Source: an uncultured Chitinophagaceae bacterium
Lineage (GTDB): Bacteria; Bacteroidota; Ignavibacteria; UBA10030; UBA8401
Assembly (NCBI GenBank): GCA_964603685.1
Contig: CAZRWF010000010.1
Location: 1 to 57,439 of the forward strand
DNA: 57,439 nucleotides
Direction: 5' to 3'
Both the position numbers and the translations under genes were made by a program. Numbering within the stretch: position 1 is the first letter of the stretch; each line of letters opens with the position of its first letter. The notes under the pieces were generated by a model. That model saw nothing but the letters and a program-made list of their open reading frames with translations. It was not told where the DNA came from and searched no databases. Positions 20,397 to 30,211 of this stretch are shown piece by piece.

Positions 20397-21221
20397 TCAT
20401 CCGAGGAAGATCGCCGCCAGTCCGACCAGCATATCCCATTTCACGATGGTCGACAGCCGGTTCAGATTTTTGACCGATCGATCGCGCCACAACGATACGA
20501 TCACGAACAGCAGCACCGCATTGACGCCGATATTAACTGCGATAAAATAGTGCAGACCGTAGATCCCTTGCTGAAACGGAATTACTGTCGATGCGATCAC
20601 AAGCAAAAGAAACACGGTCGCGACGGCGGCCGCCGGTGTAGAACCATACTTCACAGGAAAGGTCACGGCACCATTCCGGGAATCCCCTTCCACATCCTCC
20701 ATATCTTTGATGATCTCCCGTCCGACATTAATAAGAAAGGCAAACAGTGCGGGGATAAATGCTTTTTCCATATTTCCGACAACGGCACCGCCGTACATAA
20801 ATGCCAATCCGGTCAGCGCCCCGACGATGATATTTCCGAACAGGGGCGTCCCTTTGAACACTTTACTATAGAGAACGATTGCCGGAACGGCGATAAACGC
20901 TATGATAAACGCCGGACGCGTGGTGTAGGCGCTCATGATTAAACCGAATCCGGTAAGTGCACCGTAAAACATCAACGCATCGTATTTTTCCACCGCTCCG
21001 CTCGGAATCGGCCGGTCCGGTTTGTTGATCCGGTCGATCTCCACATCCAAAATGTCGTTGATCACCATCCCGCCGGCACCGATCATGGCGCCGCCAAGTC
21101 CGGCAAAAATCATCAAGAGGAGTTGATCTTGCGTCCCTCCGGCGAGAAGGCAAGAAACAACAATGGACAAGGCGGTGATGACGAAGTTGACGGGGCGGAG
21201 TAACGTGATGTATGGTTTCAT
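20397..21221 (-). CDS. UbiA family prenyltransferase, DGGGP synthase (geranylgeranylglycerol-phosphate geranylgeranyltransferase)-like
   Basis: LLRPVN, NDILDVEIDRINKPDRPIPSG, YSKVFKGTPLFGNIIVG, GREIIKDMEDVEGD: the Asp-rich motifs typical of the DGGGPS clade. Confidence 0.8.
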   Translation of the reverse strand: MKPYITLLRPVNFVITALSIVVSCLLAGGTQDQLLLMIFAGLGGAMIGAGGMVINDILDVEIDRINKPDRPIPSGAVEKYDALMFYGALTGFGLIMSAYTTRPAFIIAFIAVPAIVLYSKVFKGTPLFGNIIVGALTGLAFMYGGAVVGNMEKAFIPALFAFLINVGREIIKDMEDVEGDSRNGAVTFPVKYGSTPAAAVATVFLLLVIASTVIPFQQGIYGLHYFIAVNIGVNAVLLFVIVSLWRDRSVKNLNRLSTIVKWDMLVGLAAIFLG

Positions 21222-22993
21222 TAGAATTCGTTGATGATGCCGACATGAATCTTTCCGGTGCTGAAACTATCCCCTTCCCCGAGCGCGAAGGTCACGTTCA
21301 TGATCCCCAGTCCCGTTTCGATCCGCGCGCCGGTGCCGTAGCCGTACACACTCCGTTCCTGTCGACTGGTTCCGCGGAGCGGATCGGAGGGACGGGAAAA
21401 GTATCCGCCGTCCGCAAAAACGAAGAAGGAGGATGCGCGACCGGAGAGAAACCGGTATTCCGCCGTAATGTACGCAATTTGTGATGCAAAAAATTGGTTC
21501 TCGCGGTACCCGCGCACCGATGTGGTGCCGCCGAACGGGAACAAATCGCTCACTTCCAATCGCGATCCGGTGATCTGTTTTCCGTGAAAGGCAATCAACA
21601 CCACATTCCGGAGAAAGGGAGAAAAGTACATTTCCGCATCGACCGTATATCGCTGCACGCCGAATTCCCGCTCGACGGATGGGGTCAAAAATTGCGGCGG
21701 ACCGGTGATGGATTTGGTACCGCGACGCACCGCTGCGGCGTATCGAACACCCTCCGAAGGATTCCGGAGATCATTCCGCGTATCGAACAACAGTTCTGCA
21801 CCGAACGAATACAATTCGCTTTCAAATACGGTGAATCGAAGACGATCCGCTCCCGGAATGACCGACTCTGTCGTAAAATTTCCGGAGAGGGTCAATTCAT
21901 CGGTTGCCGGCCATTCGAGCCGGAGTTCGAACCGTGTTTTTACGTACGAAGAATCCTGTTTTCTTTGAAAAAATGTCCCGCCGGCGTTCAACGGATATCC
22001 GTACAGCCACGGTTCGCGGTACTGGAGTTCCAATTCCTGCGTAATGTCGGTCTCCCGCTGCCAACGGATGAGCGCTTTTCTGCCGCTGCCGAACAAATTG
22101 CGCATCGCCACAAAAATATTGCCGGTAAAATATCCCTTCGTTGAAGGCGAAACGGCGGGAACATATCCTGCGATGCCGTCGAACGAGTTGTTTGCTCCTT
22201 CCTTCACCCTCCATCGTATTCCTCCGCGTTGCGTTCCGCTGTCCGACGGTGCGACAATGAACAACTCCGGCGGGGAGACCGACGAGAAGAGCTGCATCCG
22301 TTCCAACCGCCGAGTCATTTGCGTCAATCGTTGTTCACGGAACGGCTCCCCTTGCTTCCACCGTAATTCCCGGATAATCACCTCCGAATCGGTCGTGCCA
22401 TTGCCGGTGATGCGGATCTCGTCGATCGTCACCGCGGCCCCTTCGGAAACGACAAGGAGGACTCGGATCCGTTCGGGCGCACCCGGTTCCGTTTCTACGC
22501 CGCTGCTGTTGATGGAAGCGAGCGGAAATCCATTCTCGGAATAGAGGTGCAGCATCGACCGGATGTCCCGTTCCAATGCGGCAGGATCCAGCGGAGAACC
22601 GACCTCCGTTTCAAAACCGGACAATAAACGATCGGACGGAATGGAGACGTTTCCGGCGACCGAAATTTCGGATACAAGAGACCGGACCCCTTCCGTTAAA
22701 AAAAAATGGACTGCGACGGCGGAATCGACGCGCTCTTCGAGCAGTGAATCGATGCGAAACGAATAAAAGCCCGCCGCGGCATAGTGTCGCTGCAACAAAG
22801 TGCGCGACTCGGCAATGCCGGCACTTTCGCTCCCCGGTGTTGCCGGAATCAACTCCCGCAGTTCGCGTTCGGAAAAATACACATTACCGGTGAAACGGAT
22901 GGAAGCAACGGTGATTTGGGCAAACGCCGGGTACAGAGCCGAAAGAAAAAGATGGATGACGAGTACGGAAAATATCGGAAGGAATAATTTCAT
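21221..22993 (-). CDS. Omp85 family (TamA-like) outer membrane protein: 3 POTRA domains plus barrel
   Basis: Signal peptide; three POTRA starts (IRFTGN, ISVAGN, IRITGN); loop-6 motif VRGY; terminal F. Alternative TTG start at 23029. Confidence 0.85.
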   Translation of the reverse strand: MKLFLPIFSVLVIHLFLSALYPAFAQITVASIRFTGNVYFSERELRELIPATPGSESAGIAESRTLLQRHYAAAGFYSFRIDSLLEERVDSAVAVHFFLTEGVRSLVSEISVAGNVSIPSDRLLSGFETEVGSPLDPAALERDIRSMLHLYSENGFPLASINSSGVETEPGAPERIRVLLVVSEGAAVTIDEIRITGNGTTDSEVIIRELRWKQGEPFREQRLTQMTRRLERMQLFSSVSPPELFIVAPSDSGTQRGGIRWRVKEGANNSFDGIAGYVPAVSPSTKGYFTGNIFVAMRNLFGSGRKALIRWQRETDITQELELQYREPWLYGYPLNAGGTFFQRKQDSSYVKTRFELRLEWPATDELTLSGNFTTESVIPGADRLRFTVFESELYSFGAELLFDTRNDLRNPSEGVRYAAAVRRGTKSITGPPQFLTPSVEREFGVQRYTVDAEMYFSPFLRNVVLIAFHGKQITGSRLEVSDLFPFGGTTSVRGYRENQFFASQIAYITAEYRFLSGRASSFFVFADGGYFSRPSDPLRGTSRQERSVYGYGTGARIETGLGIMNVTFALGEGDSFSTGKIHVGIINEF

Positions 22994-23025
22994 CGGTTGT
23001 TCCGCTGCCGGAGATCGACCGCGGA

Positions 23026-24306
23026 TCAATATTTCAGCCGCTGCAAGAGATCGTAGATCGGCGTCAGCAGCCGGTAGTCGCCGAATCCCGTTTCATCCAC
23101 AAAAATGATATTGCGGTTAAAATCGTAATAGGACCACACTTCGTACGGTTTGGAATCGATGTCGAAGGGATGACGTTCCACATTGTTCGGCGAGCCGAAC
23201 AGAATAAAGACCATTCCCATATCGGTCTTCCATCCCTGCTGATAATGCGAAAAATGCTGGTTGGCGTACTCCACCCTGCTGTAGTACTCCTCCATAAACT
23301 CGTTCCGCTTTGTGTTCGGATTCGGATCGCGTTTGCGCCAAAATTCCTCGAACAATCTCCGTTGTTCTTCTTCGGACGGGGCATTGGTGATGATGTCGTA
23401 TTCGTCCGCCTTGGAGATATATCGCAATTGTTTGATCGCCATTGAAAGATCCGAAATAGAGATCGGCATATTGCCCCAGCGAACGATGAAGATCCTCTGT
23501 TTCACCACCGGCATAACGTCCGCCGAAACGTTGCGCTGCCGCACCTCCACCGTCAGTGCGTAGGCGCCGACGGGATAATCCGCGCTGTCGATGGCCATGA
23601 CCACCTGCGTTTTCGCACCGGCCGACCGCTGATACCGTTTTCCGGCCAGCACCAATTTTCCTTTTCCGTCGCTGACGGTGTAATTCACCTCGATCGATTC
23701 GGCCGCGGCGGTCGCATACACTTCAAAAAAAACGGAGAAGGTGGAACTTTTTTCGCCGATGTTGCCGGAGATATTGGGAGAAATATTCGTTTTTTCCCCT
23801 TCGACATTCATCCGGTTGAGCAGCATGATGTCGCTGACGGAAAGTGTCTTCAAGGAGTAGTTGTCGACGATGATCTTCCGGCTGATGAAGGAGACCTTTT
23901 TGGATTCGTAATCCCTCAACTGCGTCCGCACCGTGTAGATTCCCGGCGTGATGGAGACCGAACGGTGGGTAAAACTCGACGCTTTGCGCGATTCGGTTTC
24001 GGAAAACTCCTTTAACCGGATCTCTTCCGTCCACATCTTTTCCGAGACCGAGACGTTGTCGTCGGTGATAAAGTTGACCGTCACTTCATATTTCGCCGTG
24101 TAGGTCCCGCCGTTCTTCACAAATTGAACGGCATGATACGGCACCTGCACGTACACATCCACGCGCGACGACGACGAATCTCCGGAGGAAAAACTGATCG
24201 CATCGACGAAAAATTCCGGGTGTTCGAATCCGGTTTTCGGTTTCCGCGTTTCGACCTGTGCGAGAAGGGAAAGGGAAATCAGGAATATGGAAAGAATAAT
24301 TTTCAT
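23026..24306 (-). CDS. GWxTD domain-containing secreted protein
   Basis: Signal peptide MKIILSIFLISLSLLAQ; FWRKRDPNPNT, RVEYAN, GWKTDMG, GSPNNVE, EVWSY. Confidence 0.88.
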   Translation of the reverse strand: MKIILSIFLISLSLLAQVETRKPKTGFEHPEFFVDAISFSSGDSSSSRVDVYVQVPYHAVQFVKNGGTYTAKYEVTVNFITDDNVSVSEKMWTEEIRLKEFSETESRKASSFTHRSVSITPGIYTVRTQLRDYESKKVSFISRKIIVDNYSLKTLSVSDIMLLNRMNVEGEKTNISPNISGNIGEKSSTFSVFFEVYATAAAESIEVNYTVSDGKGKLVLAGKRYQRSAGAKTQVVMAIDSADYPVGAYALTVEVRQRNVSADVMPVVKQRIFIVRWGNMPISISDLSMAIKQLRYISKADEYDIITNAPSEEEQRRLFEEFWRKRDPNPNTKRNEFMEEYYSRVEYANQHFSHYQQGWKTDMGMVFILFGSPNNVERHPFDIDSKPYEVWSYYDFNRNIIFVDETGFGDYRLLTPIYDLLQRLKY

Positions 24307-25610
24307 GATGCCGGCGTGTTGATCACTTCTCCGTACAAATCGTACTCGGTGGCGTCGGTGACGGTAATCGGGACGAAATCCCCGACGTTCATTCCCGGAA
24401 TCCGCGTGATGAACACTTCGTTGTCCACTTCGGGCGCATCCCATTCGGTCCGACCGACGGCATTTCCCTCTTCGATCCGTTCGATCACCGCGCGCGTGTG
24501 TTTGCCGATGCGTGATTCGTTTTTTTCGAGCGAGATGGCGCGCTGAATCTCCATTACGTACTCTTTGCGGCGTTCTTTTTCCCCCTCGGGAATCGGATCG
24601 CCGAGTCCGTAGGCGGTCGTGTCATCCTCTTGAGAGTACGTAAAAACTCCGAGTCTGTCAAATTTTACCTGTTGAATAAACCGGACCAGTTCTTCGATAT
24701 CCGCTTCGGTTTCATTCGGATATCCGACGATCAGCGTGGTGCGCAGGGCAATATCGGGCACCGATGTGCGGATGCGTTCGATCAATTGTTCGGTGGTCCG
24801 GCGCGTAATGCCTCGGCGCATCGACTTTAAAACATTGTCCGCCGCATGCTGAATCGGCATATCGATATACCGGCAGATCTTCGGATGATCCGCGAATGAT
24901 TGCAGGATGTCCATCGGGAACTTGGCGGGAAAGGCATACATCAACCGGATCCATTCCAATTCCTTGATCGAGGCAAGCGAGGTGAGCAGCGATGCCAGTT
25001 TCCGTTCACCGTACAGGTCCAATCCGTAATAGGTTGTATCCTGTCCGATCACAATCAGTTCTTTCACCCCTTTGTCCACCAGCCGCATGGTCTCTTCCAT
25101 CACCTGTTCCACCGGCTTGGTTTTGTGTTTCCCCCGCATCAGCGGGATGGCGCAGAACGAACAGGGATTGTCGCACCCTTCGGAGATTTTCAGGTAGGAA
25201 AAATAGTTCGGGGTCGACAGCGCCCGTTCGCCGAGGAGTTCGTATTTATATTGCGCTCCCAGTGTTTCGAGGATCTTCGGCAATTCGTTTGTGCCGAAAA
25301 AATTGTCGATCTCCGGAATCTCTTTGTGCAGATCGTTCTTGTACCGTTCGACCAAACAACCCATCACGTACACTTTGTCCAGCTGTTTCGACGTTTTGCG
25401 TTCCACGGCGGAAAGGATCGTATCCACCGATTGCCGTTTGGCGGCATCGATGAAACCGCAGGTATTGATGATCGCAATGTCCGCGTCGTCAATCGAATCG
25501 GTGAGGGTGAATTCGTTGTGCAGCAGCTGGCTGTACAATGCCTCCGAATCGACCGTGTTTTTGGCGCAGCCGAGGGTGATGATGTTGATCTTTTGTTGTT
25601 TGGTATTCAT
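24303..25610 (-). CDS. rimO: Ribosomal protein S12 methylthiotransferase RimO
   Basis: TLGCAKNTVDSE, NTCGFI, radical-SAM motif EGCDNPCSFCAIP, and C-terminal TRAM (DAPEVDN). Confidence 0.94.
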   Translation of the reverse strand: MNTKQQKINIITLGCAKNTVDSEALYSQLLHNEFTLTDSIDDADIAIINTCGFIDAAKRQSVDTILSAVERKTSKQLDKVYVMGCLVERYKNDLHKEIPEIDNFFGTNELPKILETLGAQYKYELLGERALSTPNYFSYLKISEGCDNPCSFCAIPLMRGKHKTKPVEQVMEETMRLVDKGVKELIVIGQDTTYYGLDLYGERKLASLLTSLASIKELEWIRLMYAFPAKFPMDILQSFADHPKICRYIDMPIQHAADNVLKSMRRGITRRTTEQLIERIRTSVPDIALRTTLIVGYPNETEADIEELVRFIQQVKFDRLGVFTYSQEDDTTAYGLGDPIPEGEKERRKEYVMEIQRAISLEKNESRIGKHTRAVIERIEEGNAVGRTEWDAPEVDNEVFITRIPGMNVGDFVPITVTDATEYDLYGEVINTPAS

Positions 25611-25655
25611 GCAGGTTCGTTGTCGGAAAAACAAACGCCGGCGTCCGCCGGTGCG

Positions 25656-26618
25656 TCAGGACAGGACGACAAAATCAATATAGAGATACAACAGCGGCGA
25701 AATGAAAATGAGACTGTCGAACCGGTCGAACATTCCGCCGTGACCGGGAATCAACCCGGAAGAATCTTTCACTCCGGCGTCCCGTTTCATCAACGACTCG
25801 ATCAGATCGCCGATCTGGCCGAACACGCCGATGATGGTGCCGATCACCGCCGCTTGATGCAGCGTGAGATACGGCAAAAAGTACTGCTGCACGAGCACCA
25901 TCGTGCCGACCGCGCCGGCAAACCCCCACACAGCGCCTTCCCAACTTTTGTTCGGACTGACACGGGGAAACAATTTATGTTTTCCCATCGTCAATCCGCC
26001 GAAATAGGCCATCGTGTCGCACATCCACACGGAGACGAAAATGCCGATCACCGTCCACCCTCCCCAGGCATAGGTCGTCGCTTGCAGCACCTCGTCGGTA
26101 AAGGCGACGGTCGGCGGAAAATGCTGCATCGCCAAATAGTACGGGAATTCCGCACCGAACAATTCACGGATGCCGGTCAACGATGCGAGAAACATTCCCA
26201 CATACAAAACGCCGAAAACGGTGAATCCGGCATTCAGAAAGATCGAACCGTCGTTCCGGAACAATTCCACAAGAAGCACAAGCGTCAGGAACACAAAAAG
26301 AACGGTGGCAAAAAGCTGCAACTTCATCAACAACGCAATGCCGCCGCTGTCGAGAAAAAACGGAACGACGGCATTTTGTATCTGTTCGTGGAAAAACGAG
26401 AGATGGAGCGCCGTCATGCCGGCAACGGCGACACCGGTCTGCGGTTTCGCCCCTTTGGCGCGCGCCAGCGCAAAAAATTCGAGCAGCGCCGCCACGCCTA
26501 TTGCCAGCACGAACAACAGAAACACGATTCCTCCGGCATACGCCGCATACAGGATGAACGGTATCGCGACAATCGCGACGCCGACGCGGGGCGCAAGATT
26601 GGAAAATTTAGATGCCAT
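25656..26618 (-). CDS. cdsA: Phosphatidate cytidylyltransferase
   Basis: DTMAYFGG, SPNKSWEG, GDLIESLMKRDAGVKDSSGLIPGHGGMFDRFDS. Confidence 0.93.
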   Translation of the reverse strand: MASKFSNLAPRVGVAIVAIPFILYAAYAGGIVFLLFVLAIGVAALLEFFALARAKGAKPQTGVAVAGMTALHLSFFHEQIQNAVVPFFLDSGGIALLMKLQLFATVLFVFLTLVLLVELFRNDGSIFLNAGFTVFGVLYVGMFLASLTGIRELFGAEFPYYLAMQHFPPTVAFTDEVLQATTYAWGGWTVIGIFVSVWMCDTMAYFGGLTMGKHKLFPRVSPNKSWEGAVWGFAGAVGTMVLVQQYFLPYLTLHQAAVIGTIIGVFGQIGDLIESLMKRDAGVKDSSGLIPGHGGMFDRFDSLIFISPLLYLYIDFVVLS

Positions 26619-26874
26619 GACCGTTCGTAAAATCCATGAGGTCCAAAGTGGAAAGCAGTCTCCGCGCCTGTTCCTCTTGGGCGCGGGGGACGAATATGTG
26701 CGGCGGTTCCGTCGTTTCATCCGACGCATCGGTCGCCGTGGAACGGATCGTGATGCCGTTTAACTGAAGATTTTTCCCGATTAAATCCAACGCAAAAATG
26801 TGGGGAACCGTCAACAACGGAACAAATCCCTCCTCCGGCACTGCGCTCTCCGCCGCGGAATGTCCGTTCGGCAT
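26608..26874 (-). CDS. Small DUF2007-like (putative signal-transducing) protein
   Basis: 88 aa, TGATG-coupled to the upstream CPBP gene; pattern LQLNGI...IFVPRAQEEQARRLL. Confidence 0.6.
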   Translation of the reverse strand: MPNGHSAAESAVPEEGFVPLLTVPHIFALDLIGKNLQLNGITIRSTATDASDETTEPPHIFVPRAQEEQARRLLSTLDLMDFTNGHGI

Positions 26875-27794
26875 CAGTTCGCTCCTTCGTTCTGTTCGGT
26901 CGCTTTTCGGTATTGCACCAATACCAAATAAAAGATGATTCCGAAGACCGCCCCCGTTCCGACAACGGACGCCAGGCTCGGTTCCGCTTCAGCCCCCATA
27001 AACATGGTGGGAGTGGTCGAATCAACCGCACCGTACATATACACCCCCACCGTCGCCATACCGTTGTTGATCAGATGGGCGACGATCGGCAGCACGAGCG
27101 ACCCGGAACGATGCCGCAGATAACTGAAATATATCCCGAGCGCGATCAGCGGCACCAGCCAGAACGGATTCAGGTGGTACACGCCGAAGATCGTTCCGGC
27201 CAGCAGGAACCCTTTCCGGCTTCCATATTCCAAGGAAAAGTTCTTTTGAATCAATCCGCGGAACATCAATTCTTCGCAGAGGGAAGGGGTCACCGCGGCC
27301 ACGAGAAGCACAAACAGCAATTCGGGAACGGAATCGGCGCTGATCAGGACGCGGAACGCTTCTTCGATGGAGCGTTTGATCATGTCGATGTACGGCAGCC
27401 ATTGTTCCGGCACGGGAATTTTGCTCTGCACAAACAGATACATCTCCGCCGTCTGCATTAACGCGAACATGCCGACCACCGCAAGAAAAAATTCTTTCCC
27501 GCCCGGCAGACGCATCGGAAAAATTTCCGCCAGCGCCCCATGCTGCCGTCGGGCCAGCAGCAGCGTCGGTATCAACAAAAAGAGGATCTGCGAGATCATC
27601 GTCGCCGTCCGCGCCATGGCGGCATTTTCTTTCGTGATCTCCGCGCCGATCAGCAACACCGTGATGCCGCCGCCGATGAATTGGTACAACACGAACAAGA
27701 GAGCGAGCGCCACGAAGGCGAAGGAGCCCGGTGTGTAGCGTGTCCGCAGGGATTGAAAGATCCCCGATTCGTTTTCGATGGTGTCTGCGTTCAT
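26874..27794 (-). CDS. CPBP (CAAX/Abi) family intramembrane metalloprotease
   Basis: EELMFRG, FGVYHL, HLINN; multiple TM helices. Confidence 0.9.
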   Translation of the reverse strand: MNADTIENESGIFQSLRTRYTPGSFAFVALALLFVLYQFIGGGITVLLIGAEITKENAAMARTATMISQILFLLIPTLLLARRQHGALAEIFPMRLPGGKEFFLAVVGMFALMQTAEMYLFVQSKIPVPEQWLPYIDMIKRSIEEAFRVLISADSVPELLFVLLVAAVTPSLCEELMFRGLIQKNFSLEYGSRKGFLLAGTIFGVYHLNPFWLVPLIALGIYFSYLRHRSGSLVLPIVAHLINNGMATVGVYMYGAVDSTTPTMFMGAEAEPSLASVVGTGAVFGIIFYLVLVQYRKATEQNEGAN

Positions 27795-28576
27795 GGTACT
27801 TTGGACCGTAATTCTCCGTTGATGCCGGAATATTCCCGCAATTCGGCATCGATGGAACCGATGACGACCTTGGTGTTGACTTTCACCGGAATTTTCCGCT
27901 CGTCATCCGACAACCAGATCAATATCCGTCCCTCGCTTTTGAACAATCCCCCTTCTTTCACCATCGGTTCGACGATGATGCATTGAAAGGTTCCCGCCTC
28001 GACTTCCACTTTTTGTTTGCCGAGATATTTAATGTCCAGCGGATTCGTCTTCCCTTTGAAAAAATTCTGCAAATGCACCCGCTGACCGATCTTCATTTTC
28101 GAATAGTCGATCGTGCGGGCATAATAAAAGGCGGACATGATGTCGTGCACGTGCGTCGGAATATCGAACTCTCCCTCGTCGGTCAGCGCTTTTCCTCTCC
28201 GCTGGTCGAACACCGCCGTGTAATCCCGCTTGAATTTTCCCTCCCGAATGTGCTGTTCGAACCGCCAGGGAAAGATTCCTGCTGAATCGAGATACGTCTC
28301 GTACCGGTCCCGCACTTCAAAAAACAGATCGAACGTCGGCGTGGAGCGGACGGTGAACTGAACTTTATATGTGGTGTTGCCGAGCACCGTATCGAATTGC
28401 GGTATGCTCATTTCGGCATAGCCGGCGGTGATGATGCCGAAGTTGACGTCGAACAACAGCCGTTCGCCGACGGCGAACGCATTCTGTTTCTCCGCTTTCT
28501 GCGCGAACATTCCCGCGGCGGTCAGCGTCAACAAAAACAACAGCCGCCGAAAGCGGCGGAACGAATTATTGATCAT
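27791..28576 (-). CDS. DUF3108 domain secreted protein
   Basis: Signal peptide; FAVGERLLFDVNFGIITAG, DIMSAFYYAR, IWLSDDERKIPVK. Confidence 0.75.
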   Translation of the reverse strand: MINNSFRRFRRLLFLLTLTAAGMFAQKAEKQNAFAVGERLLFDVNFGIITAGYAEMSIPQFDTVLGNTTYKVQFTVRSTPTFDLFFEVRDRYETYLDSAGIFPWRFEQHIREGKFKRDYTAVFDQRRGKALTDEGEFDIPTHVHDIMSAFYYARTIDYSKMKIGQRVHLQNFFKGKTNPLDIKYLGKQKVEVEAGTFQCIIVEPMVKEGGLFKSEGRILIWLSDDERKIPVKVNTKVVIGSIDAELREYSGINGELRSKVP

Positions 28577-29585
28577 GAAGTAGTTCTTGAATTCCGGCAA
28601 CGACCTGTTCCACGGTAATTTGATCCATACACACCGACGAACGGCACGCTCCCCCCGTACAGAGCGGACATACCCGGTTGTCCGCCGTAAAAATTTTTTT
28701 CTTCTCCGTAAACGGCCCCCAGCGGACCGGACTGCATTGTACGATCGGCGGATAAAAGGCCGCCACCGGCGTTCCGCACATGGCCGCAATGTGGAGCGGT
28801 CCAGTGGAATTGGAAACAAACACGGCGGCTCGGCGGAACAATGCACCTAATTCCTTCAACGAAAACTTCCCGCACACATTCACCGGCGGCCGCTCCATCT
28901 TCTCTGCGACGGAACGCACCAGATCCGATTCGTTGTTGCCGCCGGTCAGAACCACGGAAAGTCCCAGCTGCCGTGACAGCGCATCGCCCAATTGGGCGAA
29001 TTTTTCCGGAGACCAATCGCGGGCGGAACCGCCGCTTCCGGCATGCAATACGGCAAACCGCTCCACCTTTTCCGCGGCGAGCATCCGGGCGACCGTCTGT
29101 TCCGCCTCCGGCGGAATCCGAAATTCAAACTCCGGACGGGAGATACGATCAATCCCGATCGCCGTCAGCAAATTCAGATTGTATTCGGCTTCATGGCGCT
29201 GTGCATCCTTCCGGTGTTCGAATACCCGGTGCGTAAAAAGGAACGAATACCATCGGTATCCCGTTCCCACACGCGTCAAAATCCCCGACAAAAACAGCAG
29301 CAGCGCGATGCGGAAACGCGGGTACGGCACGATGGCAACATCGAACCGTTGCCGGCGCAACCGGGAGACATATTCCGCAAACGTGTGCGTTTCATCCCAG
29401 AGAATCACTTCATCCACGTTTGAATGACCGTCCACCAGCTCTTTGGTGTACGGCCGGACCATCACGCTGATCTTCGCGGACGGATACTTCCGTTTCAGCA
29501 TGGGAAGCATCGGCAGCGACAATACCACATCGCCGATACGGTCGGTACGGACAAGCAGGATCTTTTTGACGGTGTAATCTTCCAT
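28566..29585 (-). CDS. Glycosyltransferase family 9 (LPS heptosyltransferase-like)
   Basis: VRTDRIGDVVLSLP, HAGSGGSARDW, VSNSTGPLHIAA. Confidence 0.9.
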   Translation of the reverse strand: MEDYTVKKILLVRTDRIGDVVLSLPMLPMLKRKYPSAKISVMVRPYTKELVDGHSNVDEVILWDETHTFAEYVSRLRRQRFDVAIVPYPRFRIALLLFLSGILTRVGTGYRWYSFLFTHRVFEHRKDAQRHEAEYNLNLLTAIGIDRISRPEFEFRIPPEAEQTVARMLAAEKVERFAVLHAGSGGSARDWSPEKFAQLGDALSRQLGLSVVLTGGNNESDLVRSVAEKMERPPVNVCGKFSLKELGALFRRAAVFVSNSTGPLHIAAMCGTPVAAFYPPIVQCSPVRWGPFTEKKKIFTADNRVCPLCTGGACRSSVCMDQITVEQVVAGIQELLHDQ

Positions 29586-29590
29586 CACCG

Positions 29591-30208
29591 TCAGAACGGT
29601 TCATCCAGAATATCGAACGATTCCCATCCCCGGAAATCGTAATGCCACCATTCGCTGCGGATCGCGATGAATCCGTGCCGTTCCATGATCTCTTTCAACA
29701 TCGCCCTGTTCCGGATCGCCGCCGGCGTATGGTCCATATTGTCATGCGACGCCTTTTCCGTAAAATCATCGTAGCCGGTCGGCATTTCCAGTTCGGCACC
29801 GGTCGAGTCGATGATCGTCAGATCCACCGCCGCTCCGCGATTGTGTTTGGAACCTTTTTTCGGATCGGCGACATATCGCGGATCGGCGACCACTTCCCAC
29901 AATTTTTTTTGGATCGACAAGGGACGGTATCCGTCGAAAATTTTCAGCCCCAATCCGCGCGAACGGAGTTCGCGCTGCACGGCGGCGAGGCTTTCGGCGG
30001 CGACGCGGCGCAGTTTCGCCGCTGCCACGGGATACAGAACGGTTCCGGTGAAATTATTGTCGGTGGCATACCGGATATCCAGCACCAGCGAGGAATCGAT
30101 CTCACGGAGATCGACGATCTCCTGCGGCGCGCCGTGTTGCGGAACCGCCGCTCCGCAGCCGGCGAAAACGAACAAAAAAAGCACAATGGCCGGGAGAAGT
30201 TTTTTCAT
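29591..30208 (-). CDS. ddpX: D-alanyl-D-alanine dipeptidase (M15D, VanX/DdpX) with lipoprotein signal
   Basis: DIRYATDNNFTG, DGYRP, SKHNRGAAVD, EWWHYD; lipobox FAGC. Confidence 0.88.
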   Translation of the reverse strand: MKKLLPAIVLFLFVFAGCGAAVPQHGAPQEIVDLREIDSSLVLDIRYATDNNFTGTVLYPVAAAKLRRVAAESLAAVQRELRSRGLGLKIFDGYRPLSIQKKLWEVVADPRYVADPKKGSKHNRGAAVDLTIIDSTGAELEMPTGYDDFTEKASHDNMDHTPAAIRNRAMLKEIMERHGFIAIRSEWWHYDFRGWESFDILDEPF

Positions 30209-30211
30209 AGT

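Noticed and set aside
24900-26630. 576-aa plus-strand ORF antisense to rimO and cdsA
   Set aside because: Antisense shadow with unnatural His/Arg/Gln-rich composition; no SD or domain. The same applies to 38279-39424, 15467-16612, 17448-17657 and similar frames.
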